DNA of 24,000 nt, from NCBI GenBank assembly GCA_964642825.1, contig CAZXQS010000017.1, positions 1 through 24,000 of the forward strand. The letters run 5' to 3'. A program made the translations under genes and the position numbers. This document shows positions 1 to 6,948 of this stretch, piece by piece; within the stretch, counting starts at the first letter, position 1, and every line of letters starts with the position of its first letter. The notes beneath the pieces are model-generated. The model did not search any database, was not told the DNA's origin, and was given only the letters and a program-made list of their open reading frames with translations. This DNA comes from an uncultured Syntrophorhabdus sp. Lineage in GTDB: Bacteria > Desulfobacterota > Syntrophorhabdia > Syntrophorhabdales > Syntrophorhabdaceae.

Positions 1-82
1 GCGAGAGTGGCGGAACTGGCAGACGCACTGGACTTAGGATCCAGCGGGTTAAACCATAGGGGTTCAAGTCCCCTCTCTCGCA
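1..82 (+). tRNA. tRNA-Leu, anticodon UAG, type II with long variable arm, no encoded CCA
   Basis: Cloverleaf folds by eye. Acceptor GCGAGAG/CTCTCGC plus discriminator A. Anticodon stem CTGGA/TCCAG with loop CT-TAG-GA. T arm AGGGG-TTCAAGT-CCCCT. Confidence 0.93.
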
Positions 83-122
83 TTGTAATAATATCAACAG
101 TTTACAGCCCTCTTCCATCTTC

Positions 123-1193
123 TCAGTTTGTCCTTCTATCGGCAAGTGTAACCAAATTGTAACCGTCTTCCATTGTAGCCGCCCGTCGTTCTTCATGGAC
201 TTCGGAGAGCCTTACTGCCGCATTCCTTAGGTCCTCATCATTGGTAATGTTGTACCTGTCGAAGACGGCTCTCGTTTTGTGACCAGATATCTTCATGACG
301 ACCTTTTCGGGAATCCCTGCCCGGATCATGTTCCTGACCGCTGTGCGCCTGAGGTCGTGGAATAGCTTCTCCGGTATACCTGCATCCTTGAAGGCCTTGC
401 TCCATACCGAACGAAAGTCTTTGATTTTCTGTCCGTTGTGGTGGAACACATAGGGCCCCTTGCGATCTTGGTACCTTTCCCTGATTACATCAAGGAGTTC
501 CCCTGTGAGGTGGAGGAGCCGGGCCTCATCGTTCTTGGTGGTTCCCGGATCGAGCGTGACCGTCCTGTCAAAGAGGTTTACGTGGTCCCATGTCAAGGAC
601 AGGATTTCTTCCTTTCGCATCCCCGTGAAGTATGCCATAACGAATGGCCCCTTCATGTAGCCGGGGAGTTTGTCGAGGATGACAGCATATTCTTCATAGC
701 TGTAATAACCTGTCCTCGTGTTGTTTTCCCTCAGCATCTCGAAGTAAGGCCTATTCAGTACCAGGGGCGGGGTGTGTCGCATCCCAAGGATGAACATCCT
801 TTTTAGGGCGGCAAGCGTCCGGTTTATGGAAGCATTGGCCATTCCATCTCCTTGCTTGCGGGTGATGTATTCCTCAATTCTGGTGGTCGTGATGTCTGTT
901 GCCTTGCAGTCGCCGAAGAAGTTCTTGAGGTGCTTGATGCTGATCTCCACCCGCCACAAGGATTTCCTGCCCTTCATTCGGTAATTGAGAACAAGTCCAT
1001 TAGCGAGATTGGCGAAGCGTGTCCGGTTGACCTGCAGACCGGGGAATTTGTCCTCAGCCACCTGGCCCTCCCGGAGTTTCAAAAGCCTTTTTGCCTCACT
1101 TTCCTTATCGGTCTTTGCCGATTCCATCACGGACTTCCCGTGATTCTGATACTTTATCCAATACGTTTTGCCTCTCAAATAGACGCAACCCAT
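123..1193 (-). CDS. int: Tyrosine recombinase / phage-type integrase
   Basis: 356-aa ORF lying 40 bp from the tRNA 3' end. Catalytic signature is visible: FTGMRKEEI (Arg), HDLRRTA (His-x-x-Arg), GHKT...FDRY (His...Tyr). Confidence 0.95.
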   Translation of the reverse strand: MGCVYLRGKTYWIKYQNHGKSVMESAKTDKESEAKRLLKLREGQVAEDKFPGLQVNRTRFANLANGLVLNYRMKGRKSLWRVEISIKHLKNFFGDCKATDITTTRIEEYITRKQGDGMANASINRTLAALKRMFILGMRHTPPLVLNRPYFEMLRENNTRTGYYSYEEYAVILDKLPGYMKGPFVMAYFTGMRKEEILSLTWDHVNLFDRTVTLDPGTTKNDEARLLHLTGELLDVIRERYQDRKGPYVFHHNGQKIKDFRSVWSKAFKDAGIPEKLFHDLRRTAVRNMIRAGIPEKVVMKISGHKTRAVFDRYNITNDEDLRNAAVRLSEVHEERRAATMEDGYNLVTLADRRTN

Positions 1194-1382
1194 TTAAACC
1201 TCCTTTCCCGTTTTCTTTTCGCAGGCAAGGGCCTTGAGGGCAAGGGTCAAGAGCTTGGGTATCGCCCGTGTCCCGTTCTCCCAACGTGCTACCGTGACCT
1301 GATAGGTCCCGATTGCATCGGCAAGCCCCTGCTGCGTGTAACCGTTTTTCTTGCGCCATTCTTTGAGGTCTTGAGGGGTCAT
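1194..1382 (-). CDS. XRE-family HTH transcriptional regulator (cI-like repressor candidate), 62 aa
   Basis: MTPQDLKEWRKKNGYTQQGLADAIGTYQVTVARWENG is a classic HTH_3 pattern. The stop abuts the integrase ATG. The track ORF extends to 1502 but that part overlaps the upstream gene. An alternative start is at 1421. Confidence 0.8.
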   Translation of the reverse strand: MTPQDLKEWRKKNGYTQQGLADAIGTYQVTVARWENGTRAIPKLLTLALKALACEKKTGKEV

Positions 1383-1389
1383 ATCAATA

Positions 1390-1417
1390 ATTATAACCTT
1401 TGGTAATATAATGTCAA
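1390..1417 (-). promoter_or_regulatory. Near-consensus sigma70 promoter TTGACA-16 nt-TATAAT, 7 nt upstream of the XRE ATG (leaderless transcript predicted)
   Basis: On the minus strand, TTGACA is at 1417-1412 and TATAAT at 1395-1390. Only TATTGAT lies between the -10 and the ATG at 1382, and no Shine-Dalgarno is present. Confidence 0.5.
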
Positions 1418-1425
1418 GCATCACT

Positions 1426-1626
1426 TCAGTTCCCGAAGACCTGTTTGTTTCTGTCGACCCAGGCTTCCAGGTCGATAATGTCGATGAAGATACGCTTGCC
1501 ATCCTTTATGTAGGGCAATTTTGCTGCCCAGAGCATCTCGCGGACCGACCAGTCAGAACGCCCCAGGAAGACGGCAGCTTCCTTGATACTGTACAGGCGT
1601 TTGATCTTGGTATCAGGCCGTTTCAC
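1426..1626 (-). CDS. Excisionase / AlpA-like HTH DNA-binding protein, 66 aa
   Basis: YSIKEAAVFLGRSDWSVREMLWAAKLPYIKDGKRIFIDIIDLEAWV matches the excisionase-family HTH_17 pattern. Its position between the replication genes and the repressor/integrase fits. Confidence 0.8.
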   Translation of the reverse strand: MKRPDTKIKRLYSIKEAAVFLGRSDWSVREMLWAAKLPYIKDGKRIFIDIIDLEAWVDRNKQVFGN

Positions 1627-1629
1627 TAT

Positions 1630-1902
1630 TTACAATCTCCGAGTTTTGATGTCCGGCGCACTGGATGTCATATCCAACGTGCCATTGTAGAACCTTGCTG
1701 TTGAGCTGTTTACAAAGTATGTAACCTTGATTGTAACCGTGTTTTCTCCTCCCTGAGGCCGGTAATTGCCACCCTTTCCAACTCTTGTCCTCGCGGGTCC
1801 AAAGACACCCTTCATTTGCCATGAGGGTAAATCATCGTGCCCCCTATGGAAAATTCCCCATAAGCCTTGTATAGACGCTACGGGAACATAAAACAGGGTC
1901 AT
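1630..1902 (-). CDS. Hypothetical protein, 90 aa
   Basis: ORF packed between neighbours. Its ATG overlaps the stop of the upstream Zn-ribbon frame (ATGA), and its end is 3 nt from the next gene start. No recognisable motif. Confidence 0.45.
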   Translation of the reverse strand: MTLFYVPVASIQGLWGIFHRGHDDLPSWQMKGVFGPARTRVGKGGNYRPQGGENTVTIKVTYFVNSSTARFYNGTLDMTSSAPDIKTRRL

Positions 1903-2112
1903 TTCTTTGCCTTATATGCGTGGTAAGGATAGAGGGAACAGGTTTTGATTCCACAATCCTTTGTGCCATCAGCATAGCCGCCGGTGCAATCGAAGCAATG
2001 TGCCTTTATCGCCTGATGACGGGTAAGGCCTTTACCCTCAAGGTACTTGATCCGTTCAGTCCTTCCGTTTGCCTTCTTTCCGAATTTTTTTTATGTCTTT
2101 TACGTTGTCCAT
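1899..2112 (-). pseudogene. Small Cys-rich (Zn-ribbon-like) phage/plasmid protein interrupted by one extra base at an A8/T8 run. The cause could be a frameshift, slippage or a homopolymer sequencing error.
   Basis: The ATG at 2112 has a strong SD (GAGAGGTG) but gives only 18 codons. The +1 frame then stays open to 1899 and has no ATG/GTG/TTG start. It encodes ...RHQAIKAHCFDCTGGYADGTKDCGIKTCSLYPYHAYKAKK. The total length of 214 nt equals 3n+1. Confidence 0.6.
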
Positions 2113-2244
2113 ATTTCACCTCTCAATTAATTCCCCGCCGTTTAGATGCCGGGGTATACTAAGCATTCATACAGGTAGGTCCTCATATTGAACGACCCGA
2201 AGCACACCAGCCGCCTTTTGCGACAAATTGATACCTATGTTTTC

Positions 2245-2280
2245 TGTGACTGTTTGTGATTCTGTGTGATTCCTTGTGAT
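2245..2280 (+). repeat. Four direct TGTGAY repeats at exactly 10-bp spacing (putative iterons / origin element)
   Basis: TGTGAC at 2245 and TGTGAT at 2255, 2265 and 2275. The array ends 20 bp from the primase-helicase stop codon, on its 3' side, and an AT-rich stretch follows. Confidence 0.7.
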
Positions 2281-2300
2281 CCATGGAGTATATTGTCATA

Positions 2301-4037
2301 TCATTTTCCATACTTATCTTTCTCCTCCGGCCAGAACCATTCGCTCGTGGGGACCAGCTTCCATACCTTCCGCAACTCGAACCGCCTCATAAGCCCGTCT
2401 GGGTGTCGATAATCGGGTGGTTGTTTAATCGCGCCCTTAACCTTAGTCAGGACGATCTTTTTGAACTCAATGTCTATCGACAAACGAGCGACGTGACGGG
2501 TTGCCTGCCCGCCGGCAGGGTTGGGCTTGTTCGGATCCCGCTGGATGATTACAACCGCCACGCCCTTGTTCAGCTTTTGATGGATCTCTTTAATGTAGTC
2601 GGCGATTTTGAAGGCTTCTTTGTAGTCGGAGATATAATCGACTATGTTTAGACCGTCAGGATCAATCTTGTCCCACCACGCTTCATATGACTCAATAAAA
2701 TCGACATGGGTCATCCACCAGTCGAAAGCCAGAGTCGGGATATCTTGGGGATAGAACATGAGCTTTTCCTTGATCTCATCCTCGCCGGCCTCGGCACTCT
2801 GAAACCTGACTTTGCGGTTTGGGAACAACTCTTGGTTCATCCGTGCGGTTTCGAAGGCAAAGGCGGACTTTCCCTGATTAGAGAAGCCACTTACACAGAC
2901 GACGTTTTTCGGGTATGTCCGGGCGTGCTTTTCAATATCCAGGGGATACCTGAAGCCGGCTATTGGTTTACCCGAGGCTGTCGCAATATCCATAGGCACG
3001 TACTCGCTCTGGATCCGGCGGTAGCACCCGCTCTTGTGGCCGTACTTCTCGATAATAGGGTGGTTTTTCGGGTCAGCCAGCCGCTGGAAGGCCACATTAG
3101 CATTGTGTTTGTGACTTCTTGTGACCAATCCGATATCCCTGTGACATTCTGTGACCTGAAAGTGACCTGTCTGTGACTCTATCCACTCTGTAATCTCGGC
3201 AACCATGGTTGTCTCCCGGCGACCCGCTCGTTCAATAGCACTCCTTACAATAGTCTGTATTTCCGATGGTTCAAGGGGAGGGCTACAAGTAGATCCAAGC
3301 ATATCAAGGGCTTGTGTGACCATTGCCACGTCAAGCCTTGTTGTTATTAGGGAGTTGGCAATGGTGAAGAGGTCTTCGTTGCGCCTTCCCTTGGTAAAAA
3401 ATCGGGGGTCTTTGCATGGGTTATTTATGTCGGTGGCATCGCCCCTATGTGCAAATACATTTATATTCTTCTTTAACATGTCTTTATAACTGGACGGCAA
3501 AGATGCGAGAGGCACGTCGAAGAGACTCAGACCATGGAGCCATTGATACGTAACGCCTGAATCATTCTTGCTCGGCGGTACTACGACATAGCCGCCATTT
3601 CCACGAAAATCTACCCCGGGGATCGAGCCGGCATTGTTGCGAAGATCTTCGTCCGGCATCTGAAAGTAAAGATGCTGTCCGCCGCGGGGGGTTGATGCGG
3701 TTGGAGTTATTAAACTGTCGGGCAGGATTTCGTCGATTACAGTTTTACCTTCAGGAGTGTCGATGTCTATTACGCAGATGCCGCTAATTGATCCTGTGAC
3801 GATACCGATCATTGAGTCAGGCCAGCGAATCCACCATTTTTTGATGTCGAATTCGCTGGCCTTCTCCTTCTGGTAAGGTTCCCACTTCAGCCGTGGTTTC
3901 TTATTGGGCCCGACGGGAATCACACCGAATCCGGCTTCCCGGTATTGAAGAGCGTGCGTGAGATTATCGTTCTTATCCATATCGCCTACTCTGAGTTTTC
4001 CTGTCGTCCCGCTGATGGTATACCGCGAGGTTAGCAT
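2301..4037 (-). CDS. Replication protein: N-terminal bifunctional primase-polymerase (Prim-Pol) domain fused to a C-terminal P-loop DnaB/RepA-like helicase domain
   Basis: Prim-Pol motifs: FGVIPVGPNKKP, GICVIDIDTPEG, GGQHLYF, GVDFRGNGGYVVVPPS. C-terminal Walker A GFSNQGKS, Walker B-like LNIVDYI and VAVVIIQ. The exact start is uncertain; M20 (MDKNDN) is also possible. Confidence 0.88.
   Translation of the reverse strand: MLTSRYTISGTTGKLRVGDMDKNDNLTHALQYREAGFGVIPVGPNKKPRLKWEPYQKEKASEFDIKKWWIRWPDSMIGIVTGSISGICVIDIDTPEGKTVIDEILPDSLITPTASTPRGGQHLYFQMPDEDLRNNAGSIPGVDFRGNGGYVVVPPSKNDSGVTYQWLHGLSLFDVPLASLPSSYKDMLKKNINVFAHRGDATDINNPCKDPRFFTKGRRNEDLFTIANSLITTRLDVAMVTQALDMLGSTCSPPLEPSEIQTIVRSAIERAGRRETTMVAEITEWIESQTGHFQVTECHRDIGLVTRSHKHNANVAFQRLADPKNHPIIEKYGHKSGCYRRIQSEYVPMDIATASGKPIAGFRYPLDIEKHARTYPKNVVCVSGFSNQGKSAFAFETARMNQELFPNRKVRFQSAEAGEDEIKEKLMFYPQDIPTLAFDWWMTHVDFIESYEAWWDKIDPDGLNIVDYISDYKEAFKIADYIKEIHQKLNKGVAVVIIQRDPNKPNPAGGQATRHVARLSIDIEFKKIVLTKVKGAIKQPPDYRHPDGLMRRFELRKVWKLVPTSEWFWPEEKDKYGK
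3110..3177 (+). repeat. Six phased TGTGAC repeats inside the primase-helicase coding sequence (putative internal iterons)
   Basis: TGTGAC at 3110, 3120, 3140, 3150 and 3172, plus aGTGAC at 3161. Spacing is 10-11 bp with one empty slot. The copies fall in all three codon phases, so the repeat is at DNA level, not peptide level. Confidence 0.7.
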
Positions 4038-4116
4038 CGGGAATTATCTTTTTCATTAACCCCCCCCTTTGTTATCAGCGAAAGAAATCTTTCGCTCCTG
4101 TCGGATATCTTCGTAG

Positions 4117-4133
4117 TGTGTAAACTTTACACA
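4117..4133. promoter_or_regulatory. Perfect 8-1-8 palindrome TGTGTAAA-C-TTTACACA upstream of the primase-helicase gene (operator candidate)
   Basis: Read directly from the sequence. On the minus strand it lies between a -35-like TTGTAT and a -10-like TACGAA. Confidence 0.55.
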
Positions 4134-4156
4134 TACAACTACAAAAAATTTTGGTT

Positions 4157-4864
4157 TTAGTGCAACAAACCCAATTGTTTCATAATTGCTTCAAGTTCAT
4201 CCAATCTCGTCTTGTGTTGCTTCATAGCGCTTTCGGGGGTGTCCGCTAGATCTTCAAACATTGATTCTAGCTTTCTCATATCGTCTTCAGAAAGAACGTC
4301 TTTAACGGCTTGCTTAGCTGTTTCGAGTATTCTTAATCGCTGACGATATGAAACAGTTCTCCATTCATAGACTGCTGATAAGAAACCATGGACAGCAAGT
4401 AAAACCTCTTTTTCGCGCTCATCACGTGAGAGCCAAAGGGTTTTCTTTGCAATATCAATACATTTCTCTTGAAGCTCTTTTCTGGCAAAGATGTCAGGAC
4501 CCTCTTTAGGCCTTTCTAAGCCGTCATACAAGTAGCCTGGATATTTGAACGTAATATATATCGAATGTTCAAGATCGTCATACTTATACTGTGCAAAAAG
4601 GCTTCTCGTTTCATCTATGATTTCTTGTAAGAGTTTCGGGTTAAGGTCTTTTAGCACGACGCCGGAATCTCTCCAATCCAAAACTTTGCGCATAGGGTCC
4701 AAGATGCTTATTGGATATATTCCCTTTACGCCTTTTTTGTCTCGGATTGTCTCCGGTTTGGGAAAAATACCGTTTTCAATATAAAACCAGAACGATCTGC
4801 GGGTCAGTCGATAACCTTCGCTATTCAATAATGCGACAAGCTCGTTTATGCTGATTTTCTCCAT
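4157..4864 (-). CDS. MerR-like N-terminal HTH protein with coiled-coil C-terminal region, 235 aa (candidate element regulator)
   Basis: ISINELVALLNSEGYRLTRRSFWFYIENGIFPKPE resembles a MerR-type HTH. Good RBS (GAAAGGA). The C-terminal half is rich in charged heptad-like sequence. Confidence 0.6.
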   Translation of the reverse strand: MEKISINELVALLNSEGYRLTRRSFWFYIENGIFPKPETIRDKKGVKGIYPISILDPMRKVLDWRDSGVVLKDLNPKLLQEIIDETRSLFAQYKYDDLEHSIYITFKYPGYLYDGLERPKEGPDIFARKELQEKCIDIAKKTLWLSRDEREKEVLLAVHGFLSAVYEWRTVSYRQRLRILETAKQAVKDVLSEDDMRKLESMFEDLADTPESAMKQHKTRLDELEAIMKQLGLLH

Positions 4865-4879
4865 TTTTGTTCCTTTCTT

Positions 4880-4909
4880 TTTATACTGTAAAGTTTACAT
4901 ATCAGTCAA
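4880..4909 (-). promoter_or_regulatory. Promoter TTGACT-18 nt-TATAAA with the dyad TGTAAA-N-TTTACA (4887-4899) inside the spacer
   Basis: The minus strand reads TTGACT gatatgtaaactttacag TATAAA aagaaaggaacaaaa ATG. The same dyad core occurs at 4117-4133. Confidence 0.55.
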
Positions 4910-4944
4910 TAAGAAAATTTCTGATTTCAAAAAAAACTGCCGTA

Positions 4945-4978
4945 GGGGGGTCAAAGGGGGGTCAAAGGGGGTCAAAGG
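4945..4978. repeat. Tandem direct repeat GGGGGGTCAAA x3 (units of 11, 11 and 10 bp)
   Basis: Read directly. It reads TTTGACCCCC(C) on the minus strand, lies about 35-70 bp upstream of the -35 at 4904-4909, and overlaps the stop codon of the 91-aa gene. Confidence 0.8.
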
Positions 4979-5247
4979 TTGCGCCTAGCTATCTCCATCC
5001 GATGATTAATCTCGGCAGTTTTAATAATCCACAAGCGGATTTCGCCTTTGATTATGAAAGGCTTTCCGTTAGGATGTCTAAGAATGAGTTTCCAAAGGCC
5101 GAATTTATTTTTCCATCGTGATATCGTCCGCCAAGCAGCTTGTGGGCCTGTGCTTGCGGATATCAACCTCAACTCCTGAAAGAACGCCACGATCTCTTTC
5201 CGACCGACACAAATTGAATCATCGAGTTTTTTATTTCCGTCTATCAC
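4972..5247 (-). CDS. Small putative DNA-binding protein (excisionase/HTH_17-like), 91 aa, GTG start as drawn
   Basis: The pattern GRKEIVAFF...AWRTISRWKNKFGLW...NGKPFIIKGEIRLWI resembles small HTH proteins of mobile elements. Weak RBS; the start is uncertain. Confidence 0.5.
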   Translation of the reverse strand: MIDGNKKLDDSICVGRKEIVAFFQELRLISASTGPQAAWRTISRWKNKFGLWKLILRHPNGKPFIIKGEIRLWIIKTAEINHRMEIARRNL

Positions 5248-5330
5248 TCAAAGATATTTTATCCTTTCATACGATATCAATCAACCCATATCAAGATGAG
5301 CAGCGACACCCTGTTGTCATTCATGCACGG

Positions 5331-5336
5331 TATAAT
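5331..5336 (+). promoter_or_regulatory. Perfect -10 hexamer TATAAT, 22 nt upstream of the DUF932 ATG, in the divergent intergenic region
   Basis: TATAAT is followed by the RBS GAGGGGAGG. No convincing -35 sits at 16-18 nt; TTGTCA is only 11 nt away. Confidence 0.3.
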
Positions 5337-5357
5337 AAAGTAGAGGGGAGGGTTATT

Positions 5358-6296
5358 ATGGCGCATTTAGTAGAATCGATGATGTATGTGGGTAAGACGC
5401 CTTGGCATGGGCTGGGAAGAAGAATCCAGGAAGGCAAGAGGCTCAGCATCCATGAGGCCATTATTGCCTCTGGTCTTGATTGGGAGGTGGATCTCAGGCA
5501 CCTCTTTACTGAGGACCGTCGCGGCGAAAGAATCGGCATAGTCGATCAATACGCCGTATGCCGGCAAAAGGATGACACCGTGCTTGGTGTCGTTGGTCCC
5601 GACTACACCCCATTGCAGAACAGGGAGGCATTCGCATGGTTCCAACCCTTTCTTGATACGGGCGATGTGACTCTGGAGACCGCCGGAAGTCTGAAAGGCG
5701 GGAGCATGGTCTGGGTTCTTGCAAAGATAAGGGCTGGAGAGATGACGGTCGGTGACGCGGATGACATAGCCCATTACATCCTTCTTTCCAACGCCCACGA
5801 CGGTTCCCTTGCGGTACGGGTCGGCTTCACTCCTATACGGGTGGTATGTAACAACACGCTCTGCCTTGCCCATGAATCGCAAGCCAGTAAGTTGTTGCGG
5901 GCAAGACATACCGCACGCCTTGTTGAGAACCTTGAATACATTCGGGAGATCATGGATCTCGCCAAGAAAGATTTCTACGCCACCATCGAGCAATACAGGC
6001 TACTCTTAAAGAGAAAGATCGACAGGAATAACCTCGAAAGATACATAAAAATCGTTTTCTCCCTTCCGGACAAGGGCGGCAAGGAACTCATACCGAACAT
6101 CGCCTATCTTTTCGATCAGGGCAGAGGCAGCGACATAGCTGGCCACACTTACTGGGGTGCCTATAACGCCGTTACCGAGTACCTCAACTACTTCCGGGGG
6201 AAGAACCAGGACAATACGATCAAAAGCCTCTGGTATGGTGACAGCTCCCAGGTGAGCAGAAGAGCGCTCGATGTAGCGATCAAGATGGCAGCGTGA
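5358..6296 (+). CDS. DUF932-family (phage/plasmid-like) protein, 312 aa
   Basis: MAHLVESMMYVGKTPWHGLG...ASGLDWEV...VVGPDYTPLQNREAFAWF is the typical DUF932 N-terminus. Strong RBS. The track ORF start at 5118 overlaps the minus-strand gene and is rejected. Confidence 0.8.
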   Translation: MAHLVESMMYVGKTPWHGLGRRIQEGKRLSIHEAIIASGLDWEVDLRHLFTEDRRGERIGIVDQYAVCRQKDDTVLGVVGPDYTPLQNREAFAWFQPFLDTGDVTLETAGSLKGGSMVWVLAKIRAGEMTVGDADDIAHYILLSNAHDGSLAVRVGFTPIRVVCNNTLCLAHESQASKLLRARHTARLVENLEYIREIMDLAKKDFYATIEQYRLLLKRKIDRNNLERYIKIVFSLPDKGGKELIPNIAYLFDQGRGSDIAGHTYWGAYNAVTEYLNYFRGKNQDNTIKSLWYGDSSQVSRRALDVAIKMAA

Positions 6297-6300
6297 CCCT

Positions 6301-6915
6301 ATGGATACTGCCGAACCGATCCTTGGACAACGGTTTGTAGAAGCTCTCATCTATGCCGCAAATCTCCATGCGAACCAGATACGCAAGGGAAGTGGGGTCC
6401 CCTATATTGCTCATCTCATGGGAGTGGCAAGCATCGCTCTTGAGTATGGCGCCGATGAGGACGAGGCCATCGCGGCTCTTCTCCACGATGCCATCGAAGA
6501 TCAGGGTGGGGCGCGGGCGCGGGAAGAGATTCGCAGGTGCTTCGGAGATAGGGTCGTCGAAATCATAGACGGCTGCACCGATGCCGATGTCAAACCCAAG
6601 CCCCCATGGAAAGAAAGAAAAGACGCCTATATAGCCCACATCAAGGACGCCTCCCCATCGGTCCACCTTGTATCCGCTTCCGATAAACTCCATAACGCAC
6701 GGGCCATACTGAAAGACTACCGCATCGTTGGGGAAACGCTCTGGGAGAGGTTCAAGGGCGGGAAGGAAGGGACACTCTGGTACTACAGATCGCTGTCCGA
6801 TGCGTTCCGGGCGATCTGTCCCTCGCCCCTGACGGACGAACTCGAGCGGGTGGTCCTGGAGATCGAACATAGCGTTAAGCTCAATGAAGGATTGGGGAAA
6901 GAATCCAGGCCATAG
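6301..6915 (+). CDS. Stand-alone RelA/SpoT-type HD hydrolase (small alarmone hydrolase-like), 204 aa
   Basis: HANQIRKGSGVPYIAHLMGVA...AIAALLHDAIED and SASDKLHNARAI match the SpoT/Mesh1 hydrolase motifs. No synthetase domain. It starts 4 nt after the DUF932 stop. Confidence 0.72.
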   Translation: MDTAEPILGQRFVEALIYAANLHANQIRKGSGVPYIAHLMGVASIALEYGADEDEAIAALLHDAIEDQGGARAREEIRRCFGDRVVEIIDGCTDADVKPKPPWKERKDAYIAHIKDASPSVHLVSASDKLHNARAILKDYRIVGETLWERFKGGKEGTLWYYRSLSDAFRAICPSPLTDELERVVLEIEHSVKLNEGLGKESRP

Positions 6916-6948
6916 TCGTAGCAGCACCAACAGAAAGGAGAGCAAACG

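Noticed and set aside
1920-2162. Plus-strand 80-aa ORF in the gap between the 90-aa gene and the primase gene.
   Set aside because: The opposite strand carries the Cys-rich frame with an SD-linked start and ATGA coupling, so this is its shadow.
4054-4067. A G8 run (C8 on the plus strand, 4060-4067) plus the ATG at 4056 as an upstream small ORF or RBS for the primase gene.
   Set aside because: The G-run is only 3 nt from that ATG. The 27-codon ORF is out of frame with the primase gene and has no support. It is noted only as another homopolymer that could be length-variable.
4077-4096. Perfect 8-bp hairpin AGCGAAAG-aaat-CTTTCGCT as a terminator between the MerR-like gene and the primase gene.
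   Set aside because: No U-tract follows on either strand. It may be a 5' UTR structure or a processing site, but I cannot support a terminator call. The hairpin at 2134-2155 is imperfect and also lacks a U-run.
2245-4978. A CRISPR interpretation of the short repeat arrays (TGTGAY arrays and GGGGGGTCAAA x3).
   Set aside because: The units are 10-11 bp with no spacers of CRISPR size, and one array is inside a coding sequence. No cas genes are present.
4945-4978. A G-quadruplex reading of the G6/G6/G5 tracts.
   Set aside because: Only three long G-tracts are present, so a fourth would have to be the trailing GG. A protein-binding direct repeat is the simpler reading.
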